From Candidatus Adlerbacteria bacterium (GTDB lineage Bacteria > Patescibacteriota > Minisyncoccia > Phycocordibacterales > SBAW01), in assembly GCA_028286685.1 (NCBI GenBank), contig JAQBRA010000005.1, positions 16,726 to 80,725 of the forward strand: a DNA stretch of 64,000 nt. Direction: 5' to 3'. The notes beneath the pieces were generated by a model. That model was not told the DNA's origin, ran no database searches, and saw only the letters and a program-made list of their open reading frames with translations. A program made the translations under genes and the position numbers. Below are positions 9,447 to 19,557 of the stretch, piece by piece. Within the stretch, counting starts at the first letter, position 1, and each line of letters starts with the position of its first letter.

Positions 9447-10844
9447 CTACTGAATTTTAGATTTGAGAAACGCGGCCAGCTCGGAAACCGGCATGCGGGA
9501 CTGCTCGCCCGTGTCGCGGTCGCGGACCGTTACCGTGTCCTTCTGCTCCGGATTCTCGCCCAGGGTGTCAAAGTCTATCGTAATGCAGTACGGCGTGCCT
9601 ATCTCGTCCTGGCGGCGGTAGCGCTTGCCAATGTTGCCGTTGTCGTCCCACATGATCTGCGGAATCTCTTTCTTAAGATTAGTGTAAATCTCGCGCGCCT
9701 TCTCTACCAGCTCGGGCTTATTTTTAAGCAAAGGAAATACAGCAGCCTTGATGGGTGCCAGGTGCGGAGCAAGACGCAAGACTACGCGAGTCTCCCCGTC
9801 CATTTCGTCTTCCTGGTAGGCATCGCACAGTACCGCCAAAAATACGCGACCCATACCCATCGAGGTTTCAAGTATCCATGGGATAAACTTCTCCCCTTTC
9901 TCCTGGTCGTTATACCGAAGGTCAGAGCCCGAGAACTTTTGATGCTGGGAGAGGTCGTAATCCGTGCGGTCATGTATGCCTTCTACCTCGTCAAAGCCGG
10001 ACGGGAACTCATATTCGATATCCCACGCATCTTTTGCATAAAAGACCAGGTTCTCATGCTGCTTGAAGCGCAGCTTCTTCTCGTTGATGCCGAGCGAGAG
10101 ATACCAATTCCAACGATCCTGCTTTATGGCTTCGTATGCCTCTTTATTTTCGTTCGGCCGGATAAAGAGCTGAGTATCGGCCTGCTCGAATTCGCGCGTG
10201 CGGAAAAGGAAGTTGCGAGGGCTAATCTCGTTGCGGAACGCCTTCCCTATCTGAGCGACGCCGAACGGCATCTTGGGCTGCATAGTATCGACTATATTCT
10301 TATAGTCCAGGTAAATTCCCTGACATGCTTCGCCTGGCAGATACACAGGCTCACCGCCCTCAGACGTAAAATCGCCGAGATTGCTTTTAACCAGAAGATT
10401 GAATGCCATTGCCGGAGTAAAATCCTTTTTACCGCAGACGGGGCACTTAATCTTGTCGCGGTTCTGGTCAAAAAGTTCGTTAATCTGCTCCTCAGACATC
10501 TTCTCGTCTGCAGCAACCCCAATGTTGGCAAGCTCTTTATCAACACGGATGCGGTGCTGGCAATTGCGGCATTCGGCCAAAGGATCGGCAAATCCGCCTA
10601 CATGGCCGGATGCTTCCCATACCTTAGGATGCTTGAACATGCCGGAGTCTAAACCGTAGTAGTTCTCCTTGTCATAAACATTTGCCTTCCACCAAGACTT
10701 CTTAATATTATTTAAGAGCTCAACGCCGCGCGGGCCAAAGTCGTAAACACCGGCCAAGCCGCCATAAATTTCAGAGCCCTGATATACGAAGCCGCGCCGC
10801 TTGGCGAGCGACACGATCTTCTCCATTACGTCTTGGGCTGCCAT
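9447..10844 (-). CDS. glyQS: Glycyl-tRNA synthetase (alpha2 dimeric type)
   Basis: 465 aa, MAAQDVMEKIVSLAKRRGFVYQGSEIYGGLAGVYDFGP..FRNEISPRNFLFRTREFEQ; class II motifs. Confidence 0.9.
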   Translation of the reverse strand: MAAQDVMEKIVSLAKRRGFVYQGSEIYGGLAGVYDFGPRGVELLNNIKKSWWKANVYDKENYYGLDSGMFKHPKVWEASGHVGGFADPLAECRNCQHRIRVDKELANIGVAADEKMSEEQINELFDQNRDKIKCPVCGKKDFTPAMAFNLLVKSNLGDFTSEGGEPVYLPGEACQGIYLDYKNIVDTMQPKMPFGVAQIGKAFRNEISPRNFLFRTREFEQADTQLFIRPNENKEAYEAIKQDRWNWYLSLGINEKKLRFKQHENLVFYAKDAWDIEYEFPSGFDEVEGIHDRTDYDLSQHQKFSGSDLRYNDQEKGEKFIPWILETSMGMGRVFLAVLCDAYQEDEMDGETRVVLRLAPHLAPIKAAVFPLLKNKPELVEKAREIYTNLKKEIPQIMWDDNGNIGKRYRRQDEIGTPYCITIDFDTLGENPEQKDTVTVRDRDTGEQSRMPVSELAAFLKSKIQ

Positions 10845-10877
10845 ACGGGCAAATATACCTTATTTTGCGGCCCCAAA

Positions 10878-12836
10878 CTACTTGGGGCTCACTACCCCGT
10901 CCTTGCCATCGGCGGTTTGGGTCGTCGGGCCCTGGGTCTGCGCCTGCACCTGGATCTGGGCAAAGCGGTCGGTGCCGGAGAGCGCTGCCGAGCCGGTCAA
11001 CGCCGGAGTCTGCCCCACTTGGCTTATCGACGGATTAAGCTCTACTTGGAAGGACGCTTCCTTGGCCGCAAGGGTGTAGCCGGTGCCAGCCTTAAGCTCG
11101 CCCAAGTCCCACCGCACCGTGCGGCTCGCAGCGTCGTAGACAACGCCTGCCTGCCCTGTTTTGTAAGTCACGTATGAAGGGAGCACTGCGGAAACGGTAG
11201 CGCCCGCTATGGCGTTGGAGGAATTTTTCGCCGTCCAGGCGACAGTGTAAGTAGTTGGAGACTCGGCGCGCGGCGGTATTGGACCCGTGTTGCTGTAGAC
11301 GCCCTGGCTAAAGTAAGACCGGGCTTCCAAAGAAAGCAGCGAGCCCAGCACAACCTCGGTCGTGTCGGCCGCCGACACAGTCTCTGATGACTGGTCCGAT
11401 CCGCGGGTGCCTTTGACGCCGAGCGTTAGGGTTACCTTGGGGTTGGTGTATATCGTGCCTCCGCTGCCGGGCGGCAAGGTAGCAAAGGAGAAATTGAGCG
11501 TGCCGGAATCGCCGGGTGCTACCTGGGCCAACGAAGGGTCCTGCGCGCTGGTCCAGGTAATGGTGTTGTCGGACGATTGGTAAAAGCCATTGGGGCTCTG
11601 TACTGATCCCGAATCGAGCACGGGGCCCGCAAGCTTGAGCGTTACCTCGATATTGGAAACCGGGTCGGTCAGGTTGTTCTTCCATGCGACGGAGCCGGAA
11701 ATATTCTGGCCCGGGTTGACCGAGATCGTGCTGCCCGTCTTGCCGTCGACCGTGAGCTCGCCGGATATAAACGGGCGGCTGACCGTAATACTGGTGGGCA
11801 CGGTCAGGAACGGCACCTTGATACGGGCAGCGGTTTGGTCCGCTTCTGAGCCAGCCAAGAAGCGGAATACGCGCTCGTCCCCGTCTTGGCCGTCGATGAC
11901 GCCCTTAACGCGCACGACGGCGGAGGCACCCGGCCGCAAGGAGCCGAGCCGCCACATAGTGGAACCCGAGTCTGCCTTGGGCGTAGCGCTCTGCACCGTA
12001 AAGCCGAACGGGTATTGCGCCTCAAGCGCAACATCGTCTACCGTTTCTGATGAATTGCTCTTGAGCGTTACCTCAAGCTCGAAGGGCTGGCCGGCGGTTA
12101 TGGTCTGGGGCGCCGCGACCGACACCGACACGGGCGAGGAGCCGAGCATGAAGGATACGTTGCCCTCGCGCACGAAGACGGCGTTAGAGCCATCTATCGA
12201 GTACTCGAGTGCCACCTTTACGTCCTGCGAGGAGCCTTCCTGGCCGTAAAAGACGGCGGACGCGGTGCGCTTGATGCTCTGCCCCGGCGCTATGGTGCCC
12301 AAGGACTGCCGCTCGGTCTGGAGCGGTTTTGTAAGATCTTTGGGGTCGCGGGTGCCCTGGGGATAGGTCAGTACCAAGTCGGCCAACGTAAGGGCTGCCG
12401 AATTGCGGTTGGTAATAATGACTTGGAGCTCTGCTTGGGAGCCCCCGTCGACTAGCGACGGCGCGATTATTTCCAGGTCGATATTGCCGCCGGAGACGAA
12501 ATTGCCGCCGCCAAAAAAGTAATAAGCGGCAGCGCCAGCAGCGATAAGGAAAAATACTAGGGACCCAAAAAAGAATTTAGTCGCAAAGGAGAATCCTTTC
12601 TTCTGCGCCCTGGGCGCGTCCATGCTGCCCCCAGTAAAACCCACACCCTCATCGGGCCTTGCCGGAGGCGCAGGCGGCGCCTCCCAGGCCACGGCCGCAT
12701 GCGCATCACTCTCGCTTAAGGGCGAGCGCACATCGGTTATAGGGCCCTGATGCTTGCGGGAGTAGAGCCGGTCCTTCAGCCCGTCTACGCCGGACTTGTC
12801 TTGGGACATCCCGTAATTATACCCTGATGCGGGCAC
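10878..12836 (-). CDS. Large membrane-anchored surface protein (cytoplasmic N-terminus, single TM, beta-rich extracellular repeats), hypothetical
   Basis: 652 aa; TM segment FFFGSLVFFLIAAGAAAYYFF after an ~80-aa N-terminal region, then a Ser/Thr/Gly/Val-rich beta-strand-like sequence. Inserted between recO and glyQS. Confidence 0.5.
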   Translation of the reverse strand: MPASGYNYGMSQDKSGVDGLKDRLYSRKHQGPITDVRSPLSESDAHAAVAWEAPPAPPARPDEGVGFTGGSMDAPRAQKKGFSFATKFFFGSLVFFLIAAGAAAYYFFGGGNFVSGGNIDLEIIAPSLVDGGSQAELQVIITNRNSAALTLADLVLTYPQGTRDPKDLTKPLQTERQSLGTIAPGQSIKRTASAVFYGQEGSSQDVKVALEYSIDGSNAVFVREGNVSFMLGSSPVSVSVAAPQTITAGQPFELEVTLKSNSSETVDDVALEAQYPFGFTVQSATPKADSGSTMWRLGSLRPGASAVVRVKGVIDGQDGDERVFRFLAGSEADQTAARIKVPFLTVPTSITVSRPFISGELTVDGKTGSTISVNPGQNISGSVAWKNNLTDPVSNIEVTLKLAGPVLDSGSVQSPNGFYQSSDNTITWTSAQDPSLAQVAPGDSGTLNFSFATLPPGSGGTIYTNPKVTLTLGVKGTRGSDQSSETVSAADTTEVVLGSLLSLEARSYFSQGVYSNTGPIPPRAESPTTYTVAWTAKNSSNAIAGATVSAVLPSYVTYKTGQAGVVYDAASRTVRWDLGELKAGTGYTLAAKEASFQVELNPSISQVGQTPALTGSAALSGTDRFAQIQVQAQTQGPTTQTADGKDGVVSPK

Positions 12837-12842
12837 GGCGCA

Positions 12843-13421
12843 TTAAAGCCCGGTTGCAGAAAGTGATTCGTTAATAGTGCGCACCAGCAGCGCGCGGTCG
12901 CGCAGCGCCTGGGCGGACAGCTCGACCGAGTACTCCCCTTCTATAAATTGCGAAAGCGCCTGCATATGCGGCAGGTAGCCCAAGTGCGCAATGATGCGCA
13001 AGACGACGACCGACTCTATAGCGTCGGCTGCAGCCTCTTCCGGGGCACGGGCAAGCGCGGCAAAGCCTTCCATTACCGTGCGATACACCGCAGGCACCGG
13101 CTCCTCGCCGTGTATGAGCCGCAGCAATAGCTTGGAAATTTTACCGGCGCGCTGGCGCAAGCGCGGCGTAGCCGAAACAAATTCGCGCGAAGCGGACTCT
13201 ACTCCGGTCAATTTCCACTCGTATTTGCCGCGCACCATGGAGTAGCGCGCATGGGTCAGACTCTCAAGCCCGTAGCGCAGCTTTGATTTTTCAAACCGGG
13301 CCGAGCGGGCCGATACGCGCACGAGTCCCAGCTCCTCCGTCAGCAGCGAGACCAGCGTATTAGCTTCCCCTACCCCGCGCTTCCCGAGTACCAAACCTTC
13401 GGTTACGTGTATCTTATGCAT
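12843..13421 (-). CDS. recO: DNA repair protein RecO (short form)
   Basis: 192 aa; N-terminal OB-fold pattern HKIHVTEGLVLGKRGVGEANTLVSLLTEELGLVRVSARSARF; conserved recO-glyQS neighbourhood. Confidence 0.65.
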   Translation of the reverse strand: MHKIHVTEGLVLGKRGVGEANTLVSLLTEELGLVRVSARSARFEKSKLRYGLESLTHARYSMVRGKYEWKLTGVESASREFVSATPRLRQRAGKISKLLLRLIHGEEPVPAVYRTVMEGFAALARAPEEAAADAIESVVVLRIIAHLGYLPHMQALSQFIEGEYSVELSAQALRDRALLVRTINESLSATGL

Positions 13422-16400
13422 CGGTTCGGGTAATGGTAAGCGCGGAGAGTCCCGTCTCTTCCATCAGCTGTTTTTTATTGTTGTTTGCCGCAGCCTCCTC
13501 CGCTTCTGAAACTGAAAGCTCGTAGCTGGGGCGGTCGGATATGACCAGGTTCTGCGACTTGCGCCACTCCTGTATGCGGCGCACCATATCGCGTACCAGG
13601 CCCTCCTCGACCAATTCCGGCGTAAGGGCAAACTCAAGCGATATAAGAGCGTCCCCCAGCTCCGAATTGACGCGGACTTCCTTGACGTTTACCTCCTCCA
13701 TAAGCACGGCTTGCAGCTCATCGGGCAGATCTTCAGTAATATCAATCGCGCTTAAAGGCTGGCGCAGCTTTACGCCCTCTGCCTCGCGAGCCTGCAGCGC
13801 GCGGGAGGCAAATTTGCGCACCAACTCCATATCCTTAACAAGGAGTGTGTCTGCCGCCTGCGTCTCGGGCCACTCGGACAAATGCACGCTCTGCGCGCTT
13901 TCCTCTTCCCGCACGCGGCGATACAGGTCGTCGGCAAAGAACGGCATGACGGGCGCCATAACCTTGGCTGTCGTTATAAGTACGTGCCGCAAGGTAGCGA
14001 GCGCTTCCTGTTTCTCTATCCCTTCTTCCTTAAAGCGGTCGCGCGAGCGGCGCAGGTACCACGTGGAAAGGTCGTCGATAAAAGCTCCGAGTGGGCGCGT
14101 CGCATCATCAAGCTGGTACGTCTCGAACCCTTCCGTCGATTCCTGTATCAGCTGCGAGAGGCGCGATAGTATCCAGCGGTCCAGCACGTGCGCGCTATCA
14201 GCCGAAGGCGCGGCAGCGCCGGCATACAGCTCGTAAAAGCTGCGCACGTTATCAAGCCGCATCAGGAGCTTCTTCTGCACCTCCTCTACCCCGCGTTCAT
14301 TAAAGCGCAGATCCTCGCCGCGGATGACTGGGGAGGAAAGCATGTAGTAGCGCAATGAGTCGGCGCCGTACTTCTCGACGACTTCCATGGGGTCCGGATA
14401 GTTCCTGAGCTTCTTGCTCATCTTTTGCCCGTCGGAGGCAAGCACCATACCGTTAACGATGACATTCTGATAGGGAGCCTTATTAAAGAGCGCCGTGCCC
14501 AAAACGATAAGCGAGTAGAACCACCCGCGAGTCTGGTCGAGCCCCTCGGCGATAAACTGGGCAGGATAGCCCTTCGTGCCGAAGCCCAAGAGGCCCTTAG
14601 GGTTGAATGTGTCTTTTTTAAACGGGTAGTGGTTGGAAGCAAACGGCATCGAGCCCGACTCGAACCAGCAGTCAAACACGTCCGGGATGCGCTTCCACTC
14701 GCCGGCCATGCTGTTGCCCATCGGGACCTCGTCTATATATGGGCGATGCAAGTCGAGCTCATAGTCCTCGTTGTGCGGAAACGGTACGAACGACAATTCG
14801 CGCACTTCGCCTGTGCGGAACATGGCATCAGACATAAACTCACCTCGTGGCGCGCGGGCAGCCACTTGCTGGAGAGTCCAGATAGGATCTCCATGCGAGA
14901 CAAACAATATATTCTTGCCTGCGTAGCGCCGCTCTACCTCAAATATAAATTCTCCTACACGTGCACGGACGGTTTCGTCGGATGAGCCCGCTTCTCGCAA
15001 ACGCTCATCGGTCATGAGAGCCGAGTCGGGCAAACCAAGTTCTTTAAGCACTATCTTTGCGGTCTCGTGCGTGCGCAGAAACGGCGAGGCAATTATCATA
15101 TCAATCTTCTCCTTACCAAGCTCGGCCGCGGCATGCATGGCCTGATTTTTCCCCTTATCAGTAAGGCGATTTTCCGGATCTCCGCTCAAATCCTCCATAT
15201 TACGCACATTGCTTTGAGCTTCGCCGTGGCGCATGACAAAGTAGCGGTTGCCTGACCGGCGCACCATGCCCAAGAGATCGCTTATCGAACCGGCCACCTT
15301 AACCTCTTTAGTTTTCGTATTACGCCATACCGGCAGCGGCGCGCCCCAGTAGCGCGAACGCGATATCGCCCAGTCGGGCGCGCTTTCAATGCCGTTCTTG
15401 AACCGGCCCTTCCCTATATGCTCGGGCACCCAGCTTACCTTTTCGTTTTCGCTTGCGAGCTTGCCCTTAACTTTACTGACCGCGACAAACCATGAGGTGG
15501 CGGCCCAGTTGAGGAGCGGCGTGTCGCAGCGCCAGCAATGCGGATAGGAATGCTTGACCGTCTCCTGCTTAAACAGGAGTCCGTGCTCGCCCAGAAGCGC
15601 CGCGACTTTCTCATCGGTTTCGCGCGGATTGCCCTTGGGCTTTACATAGAGGCCAGCAAAGTCCGTAACCATGGCATTAAATTTGCCCTCATCGGTTACG
15701 TGGTGGATGAGCGGGATTTTTTCCTTCTGCGCCAGCTCTAGGTCCTCAGCGCCGAAGGCGGGAGCGATGTGCACGATACCGGTGCCGTTGTCGAGCGTAA
15801 CGTAGGCGGCGGCGTACACCTTCCACGCATGGGTCTTGTGCTTATGGAGCTCCTCGGCAAAATAATCAAACGGCGGCAGGTATTTCTTGCCCACCAGATC
15901 CTTTCCCTTCATCTCCCCCGCCACTTCCACATCGCCCAATACTGCCTGCGCGCGCTCCTTGGCGACTACCAAAAATTCATCTCCGACTTTTGCCTTAACG
16001 TACGTAGCATCCGCATTAACCGCAGCTGCGGCATTGCCCGGCAAGGTCCACGGCGTCGTGGTCCAGACCAAAAGCGAAGTGCCCGGCTCGTCGATGAGCG
16101 GCAGCTTTACGTATACGGAAATATCGTCGATATCCTTGTAACCCTGCGCCACTTCGAAGTTGGAAAGCGTCGTACCGCAGTGCGGGCAGTAGTGGAGCGA
16201 TTTGAAGCCCTCGTAAATGAGCCCGCGGTCAAAGAGGTTCTTAAATGACCACCACACCGATTCGGTATAGCTGGTGTCCATGGTTTTGTAGTCATGGTCC
16301 ATGTCGGCCCAGCGGCCAAGCCTGGGGATGATGCGCTTCCAGTCGGCAACATCCTTCATGATGCTCACTCGGGCGGCCTTGTTGAACTTCTCTATGCCGT

Positions 16401-16764
16401 AGGCCTCGATGTCGCGCTTGTTCTTGAGGCCCAGCTCGCGCTCGACCAAATTTTCCACAGGCAAGCCGTGGCAGTCCCAGCCCCAGCGGCGCGGCACGCG
16501 ATAGCCCCGCATGGTGCGGTAGCGCGGGATGGCGTCCTTAATAGTTGAGGCTAGAATGTGCCCGTAGTGCGGCAAGCCGTTGGCAAATGGCGGCCCATCA
16601 TAAAAGGTAAAGTCGCCTTTAGGTGCTTGCTTCTCGAGCGATTTTTGAAATATCCCCTCGCGGTTCCAAAAGGCCAGAACCTCTTCCTCGCGAGCAGCGA
16701 GCAGGCTCTTGGGCTTTTCGGCCTTGTGGTGCAGCTCTTCGCCTCCCTGCTTGGGGTCGTCCAT
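13414..16764 (-). CDS. ileS: Isoleucyl-tRNA synthetase (type 2 / eukaryote-like) with an inserted histidine-phosphatase domain
   Basis: 1116 aa; HIGH = PHYGH, KMSKS = KMSKK, editing domain, DCWFESGSMPF. A ~165-aa RHG..SHG insertion lies between PLPVW and HRPYIDE. Confidence 0.9.
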   Translation of the reverse strand: MDDPKQGGEELHHKAEKPKSLLAAREEEVLAFWNREGIFQKSLEKQAPKGDFTFYDGPPFANGLPHYGHILASTIKDAIPRYRTMRGYRVPRRWGWDCHGLPVENLVERELGLKNKRDIEAYGIEKFNKAARVSIMKDVADWKRIIPRLGRWADMDHDYKTMDTSYTESVWWSFKNLFDRGLIYEGFKSLHYCPHCGTTLSNFEVAQGYKDIDDISVYVKLPLIDEPGTSLLVWTTTPWTLPGNAAAAVNADATYVKAKVGDEFLVVAKERAQAVLGDVEVAGEMKGKDLVGKKYLPPFDYFAEELHKHKTHAWKVYAAAYVTLDNGTGIVHIAPAFGAEDLELAQKEKIPLIHHVTDEGKFNAMVTDFAGLYVKPKGNPRETDEKVAALLGEHGLLFKQETVKHSYPHCWRCDTPLLNWAATSWFVAVSKVKGKLASENEKVSWVPEHIGKGRFKNGIESAPDWAISRSRYWGAPLPVWRNTKTKEVKVAGSISDLLGMVRRSGNRYFVMRHGEAQSNVRNMEDLSGDPENRLTDKGKNQAMHAAAELGKEKIDMIIASPFLRTHETAKIVLKELGLPDSALMTDERLREAGSSDETVRARVGEFIFEVERRYAGKNILFVSHGDPIWTLQQVAARAPRGEFMSDAMFRTGEVRELSFVPFPHNEDYELDLHRPYIDEVPMGNSMAGEWKRIPDVFDCWFESGSMPFASNHYPFKKDTFNPKGLLGFGTKGYPAQFIAEGLDQTRGWFYSLIVLGTALFNKAPYQNVIVNGMVLASDGQKMSKKLRNYPDPMEVVEKYGADSLRYYMLSSPVIRGEDLRFNERGVEEVQKKLLMRLDNVRSFYELYAGAAAPSADSAHVLDRWILSRLSQLIQESTEGFETYQLDDATRPLGAFIDDLSTWYLRRSRDRFKEEGIEKQEALATLRHVLITTAKVMAPVMPFFADDLYRRVREEESAQSVHLSEWPETQAADTLLVKDMELVRKFASRALQAREAEGVKLRQPLSAIDITEDLPDELQAVLMEEVNVKEVRVNSELGDALISLEFALTPELVEEGLVRDMVRRIQEWRKSQNLVISDRPSYELSVSEAEEAAANNNKKQLMEETGLSALTITRTDA
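14770..15252 (-). other. Histidine phosphatase (PGAM/SixA-like, branch 1) domain nested inside ileS
   Basis: Residues ~503-668 of IleRS: RYFVMRHGEAQSN .. IIASPFLRTHETA .. ILFVSHGDPIW. RHG nucleophile, RxxxT and a second His are all present; it replaces the Cys-rich zinc knuckle found at this position in other IleRS. Confidence 0.7.
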
Positions 16765-16793
16765 GCCTTTAATATAGCCGTTTTAAGGCGAAA

Positions 16794-18425
16794 TTACATC
16801 TCCTGCGGCGCAGGAATGCCCAAGACATTTAGACCCTGAGTCATCACGTTTTCAAAAGCTTCGGTCAAAAGGACGCCGTAATGTGGATGCGGGCCGCCGA
16901 TCACCTTCTCCTGCGCGTACCAGCTATTAAAGGCCGAAGCGAGTTCAGTCAGATAAGTAGTTACGTAGTGCGGCTCCATCTCGCGCGCCGCGCGCGCTAC
17001 GGCGTCAGGGTAATGCAGTATGATGCGCTCCAGAGCGCCCATAGCCTCGGGAGCATCGCTCGTGCCGGCATCAACGCCCGCCTCCTTAGCTCCGCGCAAA
17101 AGCGACAAGGCGCGCACGCGCGCGTACTGCAAGTACGGCCCCGAATCGCCCTCCAAGGACAGCGACTTCTCCGGATCAAAAATGATATCGCGCCCGCTCC
17201 CCTGCTTTAAGACGGCGTACTTGATAGCGCCCACCGCAACCGCCTCGGCAGTCTTTTGTGCATCGGCTACATCGCGGCCCTGCATTTTCTCTTTAGACTC
17301 TTCTATCAGGTCAGACACCAGAGACTCGCCAGTAATGACATTGCCCTTGCGCGAGGACATCTTGCCGGTCGTGAGCTTGAGAAAGCCGTGGAAGCGCGCC
17401 AGCATCCGGCCTTCCAAGTCCGGAAATACGAGCTCTGCCGCCTTGCGCACCACCTTGAAGTACTCGCTTATCTCGTTGGCGGTTACCGTCAGGGAGATAT
17501 CGAAGCTGCCTTTTTCTTTCTTGGCTTCGGCAAGCCCCAGCTCTTTTGCCTCATAGGTAGGTAGGCCTTTGCTGTTTATAAACACGCGGGTATGCAGGCC
17601 GTACTGCTCGCCCTTGAATACCACCGCACCCTCGCTCATCTGAAATATCTCTGGATGCTTCTTTACAATCTCAAGCCCGACGGGACCAACCTGGCTTTCA
17701 AAAAAGTAGTAGCTAAACTTGGTGCCCAAGAGCGCGTAGAGCTTTTCAAAATGCTCGAGCGACTGCGCGCGACCTTCGTCATACAGCGCTTGTACGGCGG
17801 CATCGCTCTTTTCATAGATCGTTTTGTTGAGCGTATCCATCTCCTCCTTATGCGCCTCGTACTGGTCCGAGCCGTACACGTACGCCTCGCCCCAGGTCAT
17901 GGAAGGATTTTGCTGCTTGCCCCAAATGGCCTTGGCGACGTGCACGCCCACATCGCCCTGGTAGTTCGCGCGGGAAACGTCGGCACCCGCAGCCTCGAAA
18001 AGCCGCGCAATGCTCTCGCCTATCGTATTACTCATCAGGTGCCCGATATGGAACTCCTTGAACGGATTAGGATCGGTGTACTCGACCATCACCTTCTTGC
18101 CCTTATACAAATCGTTGGCGCCCCAGCCATCCTGCGTAGCGCTCGATACTTCCTGCCGCACCGCGACAGCAGAGAGGTAGAAGTTAACAAAGCCCGCGAC
18201 CGGCTCTATTTTTTCTATGCCCTCTATCTTGCCAATAGCCTCTGCCAAAGACTCAGCAACCTCCTTAGGGATCTTTTTTAAAAGCTTGGCAGCGGCCAGG
18301 GCCGCATTGGTGGCATAGTCGCCATGGGCCATTTCGCGCGGCCGCTCAACCACGAAAGAAGCCTCCCCCGCCCCGAGGGTAACAAGAGCCTCTTTTACTG
18401 CCTGCTCTATAGCTGTTCGCACCAT
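16794..18425 (-). CDS. argS: Arginyl-tRNA synthetase
   Basis: 543 aa; N-terminal Arg-tRNA-synthetase add-on domain, HIGH (FHIGHLMS), MSSRKGNV. Confidence 0.9.
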   Translation of the reverse strand: MVRTAIEQAVKEALVTLGAGEASFVVERPREMAHGDYATNAALAAAKLLKKIPKEVAESLAEAIGKIEGIEKIEPVAGFVNFYLSAVAVRQEVSSATQDGWGANDLYKGKKVMVEYTDPNPFKEFHIGHLMSNTIGESIARLFEAAGADVSRANYQGDVGVHVAKAIWGKQQNPSMTWGEAYVYGSDQYEAHKEEMDTLNKTIYEKSDAAVQALYDEGRAQSLEHFEKLYALLGTKFSYYFFESQVGPVGLEIVKKHPEIFQMSEGAVVFKGEQYGLHTRVFINSKGLPTYEAKELGLAEAKKEKGSFDISLTVTANEISEYFKVVRKAAELVFPDLEGRMLARFHGFLKLTTGKMSSRKGNVITGESLVSDLIEESKEKMQGRDVADAQKTAEAVAVGAIKYAVLKQGSGRDIIFDPEKSLSLEGDSGPYLQYARVRALSLLRGAKEAGVDAGTSDAPEAMGALERIILHYPDAVARAAREMEPHYVTTYLTELASAFNSWYAQEKVIGGPHPHYGVLLTEAFENVMTQGLNVLGIPAPQEM

Positions 18426-18442
18426 GTCCCAAAGAGTAGCAC

Positions 18443-19540
18443 TTAGAGCGCCTTTTGAGAAAGTGCCGGTGCGGAGGTAGCTTCAACCACCTCAAACCCT
18501 ATGCGGCCTATGAGCGAGCCGCGCTCGGTCTCCACATTGCAGCGCCAGTCGCCCGGCTGGAGGGCCGATTTGACCGAGTAGCCGCGATAGCCCCCCGCCC
18601 TGCCGCCGGATATAGGGAACGCGACACGCGCCTCAAGCTTCCACTCGCCTGCTTCCGCGTCGTACCGCTCCCACTGATGATAAATAGGAACCTCGAGATT
18701 AGTGGGCGCAAACACCGAGGAGAAGCAGAACGCGCTCTGCCCCGCGCCGAGCGTATAGGTGGAGGAAGTATTGCGCCACACCTGCCACCAGGTGCTCATC
18801 TCATAGATCGCCGTGTAATTTCCGTCTGAGCGTTTTAAGAGCGAGTGGTATATGCCAATATCCTTGAGCGAGAGGGGCACCGGCGGGATGATGTTGAGAA
18901 AATAGAGCAGGTTGAAAATGAGGAATATGGAAAGCACCAAGCTCGACACTGAGAAGAGCTTGGCCACATCCTTGCCGCGGAACACTACCATGAACAGGAC
19001 CGCCAGGAAGCCCGCCATGAGCCCCAGGCTTATGAGCCCGCTTAGAATAAATACCCAGGTGTTTATGGTGTGGGTTAAAAATACCGGCACCGCAATAACG
19101 CAGTAGGTCAGGAGCAGTATGTAGTAAACGCCTATGTTGAAGCGCAGCTGCGCGTAGCGGTTGCGCAGGAATTCGTTGCCAAAAATAAGCGCGACTAGGA
19201 GCGCCAAAAAAAGCGCGTTGACCGCGAACGTCCCGCTCTTGCCGTACAACACCAAGAGGTTGCTTGCCAGGCCGCCGAAACAGAACTGCAAAAGCAGGAG
19301 CAAGAGGAGCGGCTCAGCCGAGTGCGCCGCCTCCTTGCGACGCATTTCGCGGCGGTTGAGGATGATAATCAGAATACCCGCCATAAGCAGGTACCCCAGC
19401 AGAAGCAGATTGTTGCCGACGCTGTCGGGCCGGTCGGCAACAATGAGATCGAAGCAGAATCCGACCGCGAGCGCGCCTACCCCCAAATGATGCTCGTAGC
19501 GCTCCCACCATTTGAATATCCTGGAGTCCCTGAAGGCCAT
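18443..19540 (-). CDS. Polytopic membrane protein with a C-terminal extracytoplasmic beta-rich domain (possibly DUF2914-like), hypothetical
   Basis: 365 aa, ~7 TM helices, then the C-terminal domain ..IYHQWERYDAEAGEWKLEARVAFPISGG... Confidence 0.45.
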   Translation of the reverse strand: MAFRDSRIFKWWERYEHHLGVGALAVGFCFDLIVADRPDSVGNNLLLLGYLLMAGILIIILNRREMRRKEAAHSAEPLLLLLLLQFCFGGLASNLLVLYGKSGTFAVNALFLALLVALIFGNEFLRNRYAQLRFNIGVYYILLLTYCVIAVPVFLTHTINTWVFILSGLISLGLMAGFLAVLFMVVFRGKDVAKLFSVSSLVLSIFLIFNLLYFLNIIPPVPLSLKDIGIYHSLLKRSDGNYTAIYEMSTWWQVWRNTSSTYTLGAGQSAFCFSSVFAPTNLEVPIYHQWERYDAEAGEWKLEARVAFPISGGRAGGYRGYSVKSALQPGDWRCNVETERGSLIGRIGFEVVEATSAPALSQKAL

Positions 19541-19557
19541 AGGCCTATTGTACCCCT

